This document shows positions 49,673 through 59,135 of a stretch of 64,000 nucleotides of DNA, piece by piece. The translations under genes and the position numbers were made by a program. Below the pieces are notes generated by a model that was not told the origin of the DNA, did not search any database, and saw nothing but the letters and a program-made list of their open reading frames with translations. The DNA lies in assembly GCA_964410585.1 (NCBI GenBank), contig CAYPFW010000001.1:512001-576000 (forward strand). The letters are read 5' to 3'. Source of the DNA: an uncultured archaeon (GTDB lineage: Archaea > Aenigmatarchaeota > Aenigmatarchaeia > QMZP01 > JACQNV01). Every line of letters starts with the position of its first letter. Position 1 is the stretch's first letter.

Positions 49673-51852
49673 AAAAAATAATTTTGTTAGTGTTTGCAAT
49701 TGGTTTTTTTGTCAGTTTGACAAGCGTTTCTGCTGTAACACTAAATCTGATAAACGGGGCAGATAGGGAGAGTGTTCAGTTTGATAAATCGCTTCTATAC
49801 AAAAAAGAATTAAACATGACTGCAGACAAAGTTTTGCTCAAAATTTTGGATGCACCAAACAAAACAGTTGAAAATGTCCTTGTCTATTTGTGCAAAAATT
49901 CGAATCCAGAAGATTGTCTGAATAAAAAACCAATAAAATACAGGAAAACAGTTAACACAGAATTCCTAAAAACAGATGTTTTGGAAAACGACAAGGGAAG
50001 TATTTTGATTTTTGTTGAATTAAAATCAGGCGATAAGTCTGGGTGGTTCTCTGACATATTTTCAATAGACAGAAGCCAATTTTTAAACTCCGAAAACTAC
50101 CAAGTTGATGTTGATTTGAAGACAAATCTGAACGACACAAAATCTCTTTTATTTAATACAGGTATGATTCCATATAATTTCATAAACTCTATTCAATTCA
50201 AAGGCAAGAGTTTCTACCAATTATCAGGTATTGAAAATAAGGAAAGTTTTATTGGTAAAAAAACATTGAACTTTACATACAGTAAGTTGGAAAACTCTGT
50301 TAAAAACATAGAGGGATATTCCTTTATTTTCCCAATTGGACAAGACGCTTTGTCACCAATATCTATTTATAATCTAAAGGAAAAATGCGGCGACGCTGTT
50401 TGCGGGTTAGGTGAAAGTTATAATACTTGTTGGTCAGATTGTAGGTGCCCAGTGGGACAAGTTCCTGGAAGCAAAGGTTGTTCATCTGATGCTATAAAAA
50501 TTGTTGTTGATACACCACCCCAGACAATTGAGTGTATATCAAATGATGAAGTTTGTGGACCCTTACCTTCAAATTTTACTCTAAAATTCCATTTGGAAAA
50601 CGCTCCAATAGACTATAGGCAAACACAACACTTCAAACTTGGGAATAAACCATTCATTGGTGAGCTTTGCAGACCAGATACACCGCCAAGGATAGAAAAA
50701 CTAGACAAAGGACTTTTCCTTTATGTAAACAACGCAACAAGCTATACATGCGATGCGCCACCTGTTTTAATCAACAATTCAGATATTGGGGAACTTGTTT
50801 TTTCAATTTACCTTTCATTATCTTACAAAACACAAAATGGCACAGAATTCAAAGAAGCAGCAGGGCAGACAAAAATAACTTACAGAGATGTGACAGCAGA
50901 AGCTCGAGCCCAGCTTAGATCACTCCAAGAAAAGTTAGATGATGTAAAAAATGTACCAAGAGATGTCAAGCATGTGATGGAAGGTGTGAAGGCAATTAGT
51001 TATGTTATGCAAGCTGTTTCAGTAGGAACCTGTGCTTGCTGCGCTGCACCCTTTTGCGGCTGGGGTGCTGCATGCAGTAGCTGTTCAGTATCTGTAAAAA
51101 CAACTTTGATAACTGAGGGTATATTCCAGCTTTTGAAACTTGGGCTTGCTGAATGTACAGGTGTATACAATCCAACTGTTTTCAATATACCTGTTGGCGA
51201 CACGGAAATAATAGAAGGGGGAACAGGGAGAGAATTGGCTTCTCAGGTTTCATCAACATGTAGGAAGGTCAAAAGGTTCCAAGATTTGATGAGACAATAT
51301 GTTGGGGAGGCAGAGGAAAAACAAAAAATCGACTTGAAAAACCATGTACAGAATCTTGTTTGGGTAAATGGTGAAAAGTCAGGATATGCAACAGGTTACC
51401 TTTGTGAAAAAGAGAAGGCAGAAATTTACTATACATTTGACCAATTTGAATGCAAAAAAGATTTGTGGCTTAGCATGACACCTGATAGACCTGTATGCGA
51501 ATGTAGTATAAACAGGTTTACAAAACCAAATCCTTTGGGAGACGCTTGTAATTGTTTTGAAAACACAACTAGCTACTCTTGGATTATAGACAATTCAACA
51601 GGAAAGCCATTTGGGAGGCAAAAATACAATACAACTGATTTCCACTTGCTCTACAATTCAACAGCTGACTTGCTTTTCACAAGCTCAAGAAAAGACCTTA
51701 ACATAACACTTTACTGTGAGAGCGATATATACAAGACAATATCAGACACTCTACCGCTTGTATCCTACAAACAAACATGCGGAGTAGCAGCGAACCAGAC
51801 AGGTGTGAGCATATTTAACCCTAATCCAACAACAGGAGCTTCAATAATATGA
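49669..51852 (+). CDS. Secreted Cys-rich protein (module 2, gene b)
   Basis: Signal peptide; YLCK..C, CGDAVC..GES..CWSDCRC; paralog of the N-terminal half of 40397. Confidence 0.75.
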   Translation: MKKIILLVFAIGFFVSLTSVSAVTLNLINGADRESVQFDKSLLYKKELNMTADKVLLKILDAPNKTVENVLVYLCKNSNPEDCLNKKPIKYRKTVNTEFLKTDVLENDKGSILIFVELKSGDKSGWFSDIFSIDRSQFLNSENYQVDVDLKTNLNDTKSLLFNTGMIPYNFINSIQFKGKSFYQLSGIENKESFIGKKTLNFTYSKLENSVKNIEGYSFIFPIGQDALSPISIYNLKEKCGDAVCGLGESYNTCWSDCRCPVGQVPGSKGCSSDAIKIVVDTPPQTIECISNDEVCGPLPSNFTLKFHLENAPIDYRQTQHFKLGNKPFIGELCRPDTPPRIEKLDKGLFLYVNNATSYTCDAPPVLINNSDIGELVFSIYLSLSYKTQNGTEFKEAAGQTKITYRDVTAEARAQLRSLQEKLDDVKNVPRDVKHVMEGVKAISYVMQAVSVGTCACCAAPFCGWGAACSSCSVSVKTTLITEGIFQLLKLGLAECTGVYNPTVFNIPVGDTEIIEGGTGRELASQVSSTCRKVKRFQDLMRQYVGEAEEKQKIDLKNHVQNLVWVNGEKSGYATGYLCEKEKAEIYYTFDQFECKKDLWLSMTPDRPVCECSINRFTKPNPLGDACNCFENTTSYSWIIDNSTGKPFGRQKYNTTDFHLLYNSTADLLFTSSRKDLNITLYCESDIYKTISDTLPLVSYKQTCGVAANQTGVSIFNPNPTTGASII

Positions 51853-53189
51853 AAAAGATAATTTTTGTTTTCCTACTTGCAGTTTTGGTGCCTTCTGTTT
51901 ATGCATGGGAGCCAAATTTTTATTTCACTGTTCCTCCAAATGGTGAGAAATGCTTTGACTTCAACATACCAAAAGACTTCAATACAGGATCAGAAGATAG
52001 GTATCAAATAAACATAACATCAGATCTTCCTGTTAATCTGAATTTTATTGAGACATACGCATCCACAAAAAATAATATAGATCTCCCTATTTGCTTTTCA
52101 GCAAAAAATAGGAATGAAAGTGAATTTGGATACTACAAGATTTTCCTAAAATCAAAATCAAAGGAAAGGATTTTGAAAGGTGGGATATGTATATCTAGTC
52201 TAGACGATGTCGATGTTGTAAACAAGCAAGCTGAGCCCTGCGATTTGATAAACAGCCATAATAACCTATTTTCAGCAAGCCTGAGCCCAAGCCAGGTTAT
52301 AACAAGCCCTGAAAAACAAACAAAAATATCGCTCAGATTGCTTTCTTCAGAGGACATAGATATTGAAATAAGGCCTGAAACAAACATTAATTTGATTGAT
52401 AAAACTCCGCGGATTGTTAGGCTTGAAAGAGGGAGAGTAAAAACAGAGGTTTTTGATTTTGTTGCTCCAAAAAAAGGAGAATATAATTTTAGTGTTGACT
52501 TAGCAGCGATAGTAAACAGGGAGTATTGCAACTTCCCTTTTTGTAAATTGAGGCTTGACACAACAGTCAGTGTAGATGGTGTTAAGAAAACTGGATGGGA
52601 CATGAGTGTCTTCCCTATTTCTCATTCTGTGAACAGGCTGGAACCAACAGAGTTTCTTGTGACAATAGACAATCATGAAGATGACAAAGATTTCATAATA
52701 GATGCTATTGTTCCTCAAGGCCTTAGGACGGATTTCAGGCAAACAACAATAAATGTCAAAAAAGATGAGCAGAAAGACGTTTTGGTTAGAGTGGTCCCAG
52801 AAAACTTGGATCAAAAATTATACACACTCGCATTTACTGCGCAAGCAGATAGGCAAGAAGTTGAGCAGGCATATTTGAGTGTTGGTGAAATCATAACAGA
52901 CACATGCAGGAAATTTCCTATACTTTGCCAAGGAGGGAAAATACCAAACCTTGGCGGTTGCACATTGAAAGGTACAAGTCTGATAAATACAAGCTGTCTT
53001 ATTAACCAACAAACAGGGGGACCAACACCTGGTTTTAATCTGACAAATGGACAGGGGAACCAACCAACACCAGAACCAACTGGTGGAATAAATCCGCTCT
53101 TAGTTGTTATCCCAATTTTGATAATTATACTTGCATTTGTTTATTTGTTTTATAGAAAGAAATCAGAAAGCGTGATTGAGGTTGAGTAG
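51849..53189 (+). CDS. Membrane-anchored Ig-like surface protein (module 2, gene c)
   Basis: KCFDFNIPKDF matches 46438 KCFDLSIPEDF; GINP-TM-RKK tail. Confidence 0.75.
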   Translation: MKKIIFVFLLAVLVPSVYAWEPNFYFTVPPNGEKCFDFNIPKDFNTGSEDRYQINITSDLPVNLNFIETYASTKNNIDLPICFSAKNRNESEFGYYKIFLKSKSKERILKGGICISSLDDVDVVNKQAEPCDLINSHNNLFSASLSPSQVITSPEKQTKISLRLLSSEDIDIEIRPETNINLIDKTPRIVRLERGRVKTEVFDFVAPKKGEYNFSVDLAAIVNREYCNFPFCKLRLDTTVSVDGVKKTGWDMSVFPISHSVNRLEPTEFLVTIDNHEDDKDFIIDAIVPQGLRTDFRQTTINVKKDEQKDVLVRVVPENLDQKLYTLAFTAQADRQEVEQAYLSVGEIITDTCRKFPILCQGGKIPNLGGCTLKGTSLINTSCLINQQTGGPTPGFNLTNGQGNQPTPEPTGGINPLLVVIPILIIILAFVYLFYRKKSESVIEVE

Positions 53190-53190
53190 G

Positions 53191-53316
53191 TTGGAAGGTG
53201 TAATCGAACGAAGAGTCTCAACGATGAGTGTCAGATACCAAAGCTGATTGAGATCAGCTTCCAACTCTTACGAGCCTCCTACTTTTCGCATAAGCCTTTT
53301 TCCCAGAAAAGGCTTA
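53191..53316 (+). repeat. Family 1 element, copy G (diverged, different internal insert)
   Basis: TTGGAAGGTGTAA...AGCCTCCT followed by TAAGCCTTTTTCCCAGAAAAGGCTTA. Confidence 0.65.
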
Positions 53317-55023
53317 CTTCTCCTCAGCTTCCTCTTCCTCGTAATACTTTTCTTCTTCTGTTTGCTCTGCTGTTTTGCCTTTCAAGAACTTTTTTTTATA
53401 CACAAACAAAGCAACTGCTACAATAACTATTACAATTATTATTACAAGCGGACTTATTCCAGCTGGAACGTCTGGCAATCTTCCTAAAAGCAGTATTTGA
53501 GCTTTTGCTTTTTCCAAACTTTCCTGGGCTTGAGAATATTGCTTATTACTTATATGATTGTCAGCAGTTTGCAGGTTTAGGTCTATGCTGCTAGCCAGGC
53601 TTGAAACAACATCTTCTGAATACTTCTTTTTTAGTTCTTCTTTTGCCTTGTCAAACGTGGCTCTTGTATCTGTCAAATCTGTCTGCAGATCACCATATAC
53701 CCTTATACTAACAGCAACATCTTTGTCGCCCCAATTGCTTTTTACCGTGACCTTTCCTGTATAAGTGTCAGGCGCTGTTGTTTGAAGCTTTAGTACAAGC
53801 TTTGCTTCCCCTGATGTGATCTTGTCTGTTACTGGGTCAGACTTGATCACAGAACTTGAAAGGCCTTCTCTAGCTTCTATTCCAGATATCTGGAGCTCCC
53901 CGCCCCCACCATTCCTGATTGTGATTTCTGTTCTTATTTCTTCTGAGGACAAGTATTCGCCTGACCAAATTGGATTAGATAAAACTAAAGAAGGATTACT
54001 TCCCCCAAATGCTTGGCCTGCTAAATTAATTTTTAGGTTAATTGGAACCTTGTTCAGAAGTTTTTTAGCTGCGCCTGCACCTGAATACAGCTCAAAGAAG
54101 CTGTTGATAAACATTCCTGTCCTTATGTTCTCTACTTTGACTGTGTATTTCAATGTTGCCTTTGAAGCTATTGTTGCTTTTTCCAGGACAACCTTGACAA
54201 CATCTTTTATGTCATCTGCAACAACAACTGACAAGTTTGTGAATTCTTGGTTTAGGGGATTCCTTATTGAGAAATCACCTGTGTATGTTTCACCTAAACT
54301 GTGAGTTTTTTCATCTCTCGCTACATCAACATCTAGGCTTCCTGTAGAACCAGGTCCACCTAATTCAATATAATCTACAAACCCACCAGAGCCCTTGTCA
54401 GAAGAAAATTCAAAAGCAACAAAATATTGTCCGCCTGGAAGTGTTCTGTTCAAAAGGTAATCACCTGTGAATGTTCTTTTTGCTAAATCCCCTGAGTCAA
54501 AAAGTGATAGGTCTCCTGCCTTGTAAATGCTGTACTTTGGTGTGCCTGAGACAACTGCATTCTTTGCAGCAACTGTGATGAAGACGCTTCCTTCGCCTGT
54601 TTTTCCAATTTCGTGGTCAACTGTGACTAACTCTAGTTCCCCTGGATTGACTGATAGCTGCTTGACAGCAGACGACTCTTTTCCCGAGAAAGCTGTGATG
54701 TCTAGGCCAAAGCTGACACCTGCTCCGCCTTGGTCAAATGGAACATCACCACATGTTGAATCCTTTGGTGAAAAATAGCAGAGCCATTTATTTGATGAGA
54801 GTTTTTTGAATGAGCCCAAGTGAGGATCTGTAACAATGTCCCATGAAACATATGAAGGCTCTTGAAGATCTGAAGTTTCTGCAACTAGAAGAACAGGAAG
54901 CTTTGCTGAGAAATTTCCTGGAATTGTATAAACATTATTAACAACTGGCTGAGCGCTGGCTGAGATAGCTAAGACAGCTATTGAGAAAAATATTCCCAGA
55001 ATTATTGATATTGAGTTCTTCAT
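53314..55023 (-). CDS. Membrane-anchored Ig-like surface protein
   Basis: Signal peptide, ITIRNGG-type beta-sandwich, helical stalk, GISP-TM-KKK and acidic tail. Confidence 0.75.
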   Translation of the reverse strand: MKNSISIILGIFFSIAVLAISASAQPVVNNVYTIPGNFSAKLPVLLVAETSDLQEPSYVSWDIVTDPHLGSFKKLSSNKWLCYFSPKDSTCGDVPFDQGGAGVSFGLDITAFSGKESSAVKQLSVNPGELELVTVDHEIGKTGEGSVFITVAAKNAVVSGTPKYSIYKAGDLSLFDSGDLAKRTFTGDYLLNRTLPGGQYFVAFEFSSDKGSGGFVDYIELGGPGSTGSLDVDVARDEKTHSLGETYTGDFSIRNPLNQEFTNLSVVVADDIKDVVKVVLEKATIASKATLKYTVKVENIRTGMFINSFFELYSGAGAAKKLLNKVPINLKINLAGQAFGGSNPSLVLSNPIWSGEYLSSEEIRTEITIRNGGGGELQISGIEAREGLSSSVIKSDPVTDKITSGEAKLVLKLQTTAPDTYTGKVTVKSNWGDKDVAVSIRVYGDLQTDLTDTRATFDKAKEELKKKYSEDVVSSLASSIDLNLQTADNHISNKQYSQAQESLEKAKAQILLLGRLPDVPAGISPLVIIIVIVIVAVALFVYKKKFLKGKTAEQTEEEKYYEEEEAEEK

Positions 55024-55043
55024 AATACTATAATTGAGCCGCT

Positions 55044-55526
55044 CTAGTATATATTAGTTAAAAGACTGTAGGCAAGAAGTACAGCTATTACAGCCCAATT
55101 TACAATTAGGAATTTTCTACTTTTCCAGTGCAAGAGGCCGTTTATTTTGTAGCCTAAAGGATAGAGCGGTTTGTTGCCTAGAGTTCCTTTGTGCAGAAAC
55201 ATGTCGAATAAAAGGTGCAGTCCCCAGCCGTATAGAAGGGGCATGTACACCGATTTTGTCAGGATTGAACCAAGGGCAAACAGGACAAAAACAGAGACAA
55301 AACTATGAGAGGAATAGTATACAGATTTTATCCAGCCTTCTCTTTCGTGAACCATCAAAAAGCCTGTCTTGCCTTTTAGCCTATCTGAGATAAACAAGAA
55401 AAAAGATGGTATGCCCCAAATCAGGTCTGGTAGAATTGAGAAGAATAGGATTTGGATAAGTTGGTTTGAAGGAACAAACTTGCCAAAAATAATAAATGAC
55501 CAAACCAAGTGCGCGAAAAGATCCAT
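55044..55526 (-). CDS. Membrane metal-dependent hydrolase-like protein (YdjM/DUF457-like)
   Basis: H..., LPD, SHS, HLLFD motifs. Confidence 0.75.
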   Translation of the reverse strand: MDLFAHLVWSFIIFGKFVPSNQLIQILFFSILPDLIWGIPSFFLFISDRLKGKTGFLMVHEREGWIKSVYYSSHSFVSVFVLFALGSILTKSVYMPLLYGWGLHLLFDMFLHKGTLGNKPLYPLGYKINGLLHWKSRKFLIVNWAVIAVLLAYSLLTNIY

Positions 55527-55618
55527 GTTATTGGTTAGTTTTTGAGATTATATTGTTTGCTAAAAATAGGCTTCTTAGAAAGTAGGAAGTTATATACTCA
55601 CTTAAATTATATGTTTAT

Positions 55619-56035
55619 ATGGATGCAAAAATTATCGCTTCACCGAAGATTGAACTTAAAAAATCACAAATTCCGCAAGCTGGCCGTGGCGTCTTTGCTC
55701 GAGAACCAATTAAGAAAAACAAAATAATTGAGCAATGTCCAGTTTTGGTTGTTCCCCGCAAAGACTATAAAAATCTAAAGAAAACCATTTTGCGGAATTA
55801 CTATTTTATGTGGGGTAAAGTGACTTGTGGAATTTGTTTTGGTTTTGGCTCTTTCTACAATCATTCTTACAGACCCAATTCGACTTTCAAAATAGACACA
55901 AAAAACCATATCATTAGATTTGTTGCGATAAAAGATATCAGAAAAGGTGAAGAGATAACAGTAAACTATAATTACGGAGATCCAGACAGTAAAAAGCCTC
56001 TTTGGATTAAAGACATAAAACCGTGGACAGTGTAA
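55619..56035 (+). CDS. SET-domain protein (bacterial-type, no post-SET)
   Basis: GRGVFA, FYNHSYRPN, GEEITVNY. Confidence 0.9.
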   Translation: MDAKIIASPKIELKKSQIPQAGRGVFAREPIKKNKIIEQCPVLVVPRKDYKNLKKTILRNYYFMWGKVTCGICFGFGSFYNHSYRPNSTFKIDTKNHIIRFVAIKDIRKGEEITVNYNYGDPDSKKPLWIKDIKPWTV

Positions 56036-56102
56036 TACTTTTTTGTTATCAGACTTTTAACATCACTTAATGGATTTAAACCAAATATACAATATAGCCA
56101 AT

Positions 56103-56429
56103 ATGATCAAACTAGAAGACTTTCAGAAATTAGATTTGCGCGTTGCTCAAATCAAAGAAGTAGAAGAAATAGAAGGCGCGGCTAAATTGTATAAGCTGAA
56201 AATAGATTTAGGCTCAGAAGAAAGACAGCTTGTTGCAGGCATAAAAGCGCACTACAGCAAAGACGAGCTTGTTGGGAAAAAAATCATTGTGATTGCAAAC
56301 TTGGAACCGGCAAAACTTCGCGGTGTCGAAAGCCAAGGCATGCTCCTCGCAGCTTCAACAGAAGACAAAAGTGAAGTTGTTGTTTTGACTGTGGATAAAG
56401 ATGTGCCTGCTGGATCTAAAATATCTTAA
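56103..56429 (+). CDS. tRNA-binding OB-fold protein (Trbp111/MetRS C-terminal-like)
   Basis: FQKLDLRVA, RQLVAGI, NLEPAKLRGVESQGMLLAA. Confidence 0.9.
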   Translation: MIKLEDFQKLDLRVAQIKEVEEIEGAAKLYKLKIDLGSEERQLVAGIKAHYSKDELVGKKIIVIANLEPAKLRGVESQGMLLAASTEDKSEVVVLTVDKDVPAGSKIS

Positions 56430-56458
56430 CTTTTTATTCTTTCTCTACAATTAGTTCT

Positions 56459-57127
56459 ATGCCTTCTGACTTTAAGCCAAAGGTTGTTGTAGATACGCGG
56501 GAAAACCAAAACATAGTCCAACATCTCCAAGACTTTGGCTCAATTGTTGAAATAAAACAGCTGCAAGTCGGCGACTATGTTTGTTCTGAGAGAGTTGGGA
56601 TTGAGAAAAAAACAGTTTCTGACTTTTTAGGCTCGATTGTTAACCAAAGAATTTTCACACAAATCACAGATTTAAAACAGTCATACGAAAGGCCTGTTTT
56701 GATGATTGAGGGCAACCCAGAGCTTTTGAATTTTGAAAGAAGTGTCCACCCAAATGCAATAAGAGGCGTGCTTTCTTCAATAGCAATTGATCAAAATGTG
56801 CCTATTCTCTGGACAGCAAACACAAAAGAGTCTGCTGGAATGATACATTGGATTGCTAGGAGGGAACAGGATGATATGAAAAAGGAGCTCCAAATCCGCG
56901 CAAAGACAACACCTTTTTCAGACGCAAGTCACCAAGAGTTTATTGTTGCTGGGCTACCAAACGTGTCAAATGTTTTGAGCAGGCGACTTTTGGCAAAATT
57001 CAAAACAGTGAAAAAAGTTTTCTCAGCAAAACCAGAGCAGTTGATGAAAGTTGATGGAATTGGCGAAGAAAAAGCAAAGAAAATTTGGGATATGCTGAAC
57101 AAGGAATACGAAACAGAGAAAGAATAG
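56459..57127 (+). CDS. ERCC4/XPF nuclease with HhH domain
   Basis: VDTRE, GDY, IEKKT..D, C-terminal VDGIG HhH. Confidence 0.9.
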   Translation: MPSDFKPKVVVDTRENQNIVQHLQDFGSIVEIKQLQVGDYVCSERVGIEKKTVSDFLGSIVNQRIFTQITDLKQSYERPVLMIEGNPELLNFERSVHPNAIRGVLSSIAIDQNVPILWTANTKESAGMIHWIARREQDDMKKELQIRAKTTPFSDASHQEFIVAGLPNVSNVLSRRLLAKFKTVKKVFSAKPEQLMKVDGIGEEKAKKIWDMLNKEYETEKE

Positions 57128-57135
57128 CTTCTAAA

Positions 57136-57405
57136 TCACTCAGGCTTCTCAGATTTTTCTTCGCGCAAAGAATCAACAATTTCTTCCAAATCAATTTCAA
57201 CTTCTTTCCTAACTTTTATTCTATCAATCCTAGAAAGATCTTTTTCCTCCAAAAGGCGCAAATTGTTTTCGATTTGATCCAACTTTTCAAGAAGCTGTTT
57301 TTTCTCTTCACCTTTTCTTTTGAGGACCTTTTCCCTTGTCCTGTCCCACTTTTTCCTGAGCTTTCTTACCCGAGCTTCGTATCCACCGAAAAAACTGAAA
57401 TCCAT
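57136..57405 (-). CDS. Small charged helical hypothetical protein
   Basis: 89-aa ORF with host-like composition. Confidence 0.6.
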   Translation of the reverse strand: MDFSFFGGYEARVRKLRKKWDRTREKVLKRKGEEKKQLLEKLDQIENNLRLLEEKDLSRIDRIKVRKEVEIDLEEIVDSLREEKSEKPE

Positions 57406-57425
57406 ACACTAGTATATTGTTTCCT

Positions 57426-57887
57426 CTATTTTAATCCTATTCTATCTAAAAGCAGATGCACAAAATATCCAAACAGCACGAAAAATGCTAGCAAATAGTT
57501 TATTCCAATAATGTAGAAAACAGCCGCAAAGCAAAGAGGCACAAAGAAAGCTAAGTGCCATTGGTGCAAAGATTTCTTTCCTCTATGTTTGAAAGGTAAG
57601 TTGGAAAATAGTATATAGACCACACTAGAACCTAAGAGAGAAACAACCAACTTAGCCTCTAATTCATAATTCAAAACCAAGAACAGCGAAACAAATGTGA
57701 GCAAAAACGACAAACCTGTGACAAAATTTCTTATTTTGGATTTTGGATGATCCAAGTCTGGGAGAAGAGAAGAAAATATCAAAAGCAAAATTGCTGCTAT
57801 GCTTGCTTTTATTCCGAGAGAAAATAGATTAATGAAAATCAAGTACAAAAACAATGTTAGAGTTATGTGAATTTTCCAATTAGGCAT
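57426..57887 (-). CDS. Membrane metal-dependent hydrolase (DUF457-like)
   Basis: MPNWKIH, LPDLDH, KHRG, HLLLD. Confidence 0.82.
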   Translation of the reverse strand: MPNWKIHITLTLFLYLIFINLFSLGIKASIAAILLLIFSSLLPDLDHPKSKIRNFVTGLSFLLTFVSLFLVLNYELEAKLVVSLLGSSVVYILFSNLPFKHRGKKSLHQWHLAFFVPLCFAAVFYIIGINYLLAFFVLFGYFVHLLLDRIGLK

Positions 57888-57922
57888 ACAATATTTATGT
57901 GGCTTGTCATATATCTAGATTT

Positions 57923-58465
57923 ATGGAAAAGAGAGGAAAGTGGACGATAAAGAAAGATAAAAACATTTTCAAGAGTCACTTTATACAGCTCACAGAAAGC
58001 GATGTTATAACGCCTAAAAGCAAGCCTGGAAAATACATAAGCTTGAAAATAAGGGATGGGGTAGCTGTGCTTCCTGTTGACGAAAACGGCTATGTGTACC
58101 TTATCGAAGAGTTTTCTTTTGTTTTGAACAAAAGCTTGTTGACTGCACCAAAAGGCGCTATAGAAGATGGGGAAGAACCAATCACAGCTGCAAAAAGAGA
58201 ACTGAAAGAAGAAGTGGGTTTTGAGGCAGAAGAGTGGAAATATTTAGGGGAAACAAAAAGACTACCAAATCTTATGGAGTGCTCTGCTCACCTTTTCATC
58301 GCTAAAAAACTGAAGAAATCAAAGATGAGTTTAGATGATGATGAAGATATAACAATAAAGAAAGTTAAATTTGAAGACGCATATAAATTGGCTTTGGAAA
58401 GTAAAATAACAGAAGATTCGAGCTGTGTTTTGATTTTGAGAGCGAAGGAGTTTCTGAAGATTTAA
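57923..58465 (+). CDS. NUDIX hydrolase (ADP-ribose pyrophosphatase-like)
   Basis: GAIEDGEEPITAAKRELKEEVG Nudix box. Confidence 0.9.
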   Translation: MEKRGKWTIKKDKNIFKSHFIQLTESDVITPKSKPGKYISLKIRDGVAVLPVDENGYVYLIEEFSFVLNKSLLTAPKGAIEDGEEPITAAKRELKEEVGFEAEEWKYLGETKRLPNLMECSAHLFIAKKLKKSKMSLDDDEDITIKKVKFEDAYKLALESKITEDSSCVLILRAKEFLKI

Positions 58466-59109
58466 TCATCCATCCTATATATTCTAAAATCAACAGCCAG
58501 AACGCCCTTTGTATCTGGCAAAACAAAAAGAGGATTGATGTCCATTTCATCCACATCCTCTTCAACCATTATTTTTGAAACTTTGTGAATTGTATCAACC
58601 AAAGCATCTATGTCGCATTTTGGCTTGCCTCTGAAACCAGTCAAAAGCTGCGAACCCTTTGTCTCGAAAATCATTTCTTTTATTTCGTCTTTTCCAACAG
58701 GACAAATTCTAAAAGAAACATCTTTCAAAAGTTCAACCAAAGTTCCACCAAGACCAAACATGACAACAGGACCAAACTGTGGATCTCTTTTTCCCCCAAT
58801 AATAACCTCTGTGCCTGAGCCCATTTTTTGGATAAGGACGCCTTCAAACTTTACTTTGTGGATCTCTGCGTTTTGTTTTATTTTTTCAAATGCTTGAGAA
58901 ACTTCATTTGGATATCTCAAACCTGTCAGAACCCCGCCAACCTCTGTTTTGTGTGAAACATCCTTAGAATCAATTTTCAAAACAACTGGATAGCCAATTT
59001 TCTCAGCAGCTTTTATTGCTTTTTCTTTTGTCTTAGCTGTTCTCTCTTCTACAACTGGAATCTCATATTTTTGCAGAATTTTCCTGACTTTTTTTTCTGG
59101 AAGGAACAT
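58462..59109 (-). CDS. Acetate--CoA ligase (ADP-forming) beta subunit
   Basis: GYPVVLKIDS..HKTEVGGV, RDPQFGPVVMFGLGG, EMDINP. Confidence 0.9.
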   Translation of the reverse strand: MFLPEKKVRKILQKYEIPVVEERTAKTKEKAIKAAEKIGYPVVLKIDSKDVSHKTEVGGVLTGLRYPNEVSQAFEKIKQNAEIHKVKFEGVLIQKMGSGTEVIIGGKRDPQFGPVVMFGLGGTLVELLKDVSFRICPVGKDEIKEMIFETKGSQLLTGFRGKPKCDIDALVDTIHKVSKIMVEEDVDEMDINPLFVLPDTKGVLAVDFRIYRMDD

Positions 59110-59135
59110 AGAATATATTATTTTACCCGTTTAAA

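Noticed and set aside
53211-53252. Box C/D or H/ACA sRNA (GATGA...CTGA)
   Set aside because: Box spacing is non-canonical and there is no ACA; better explained as the insert within repeat copy G.
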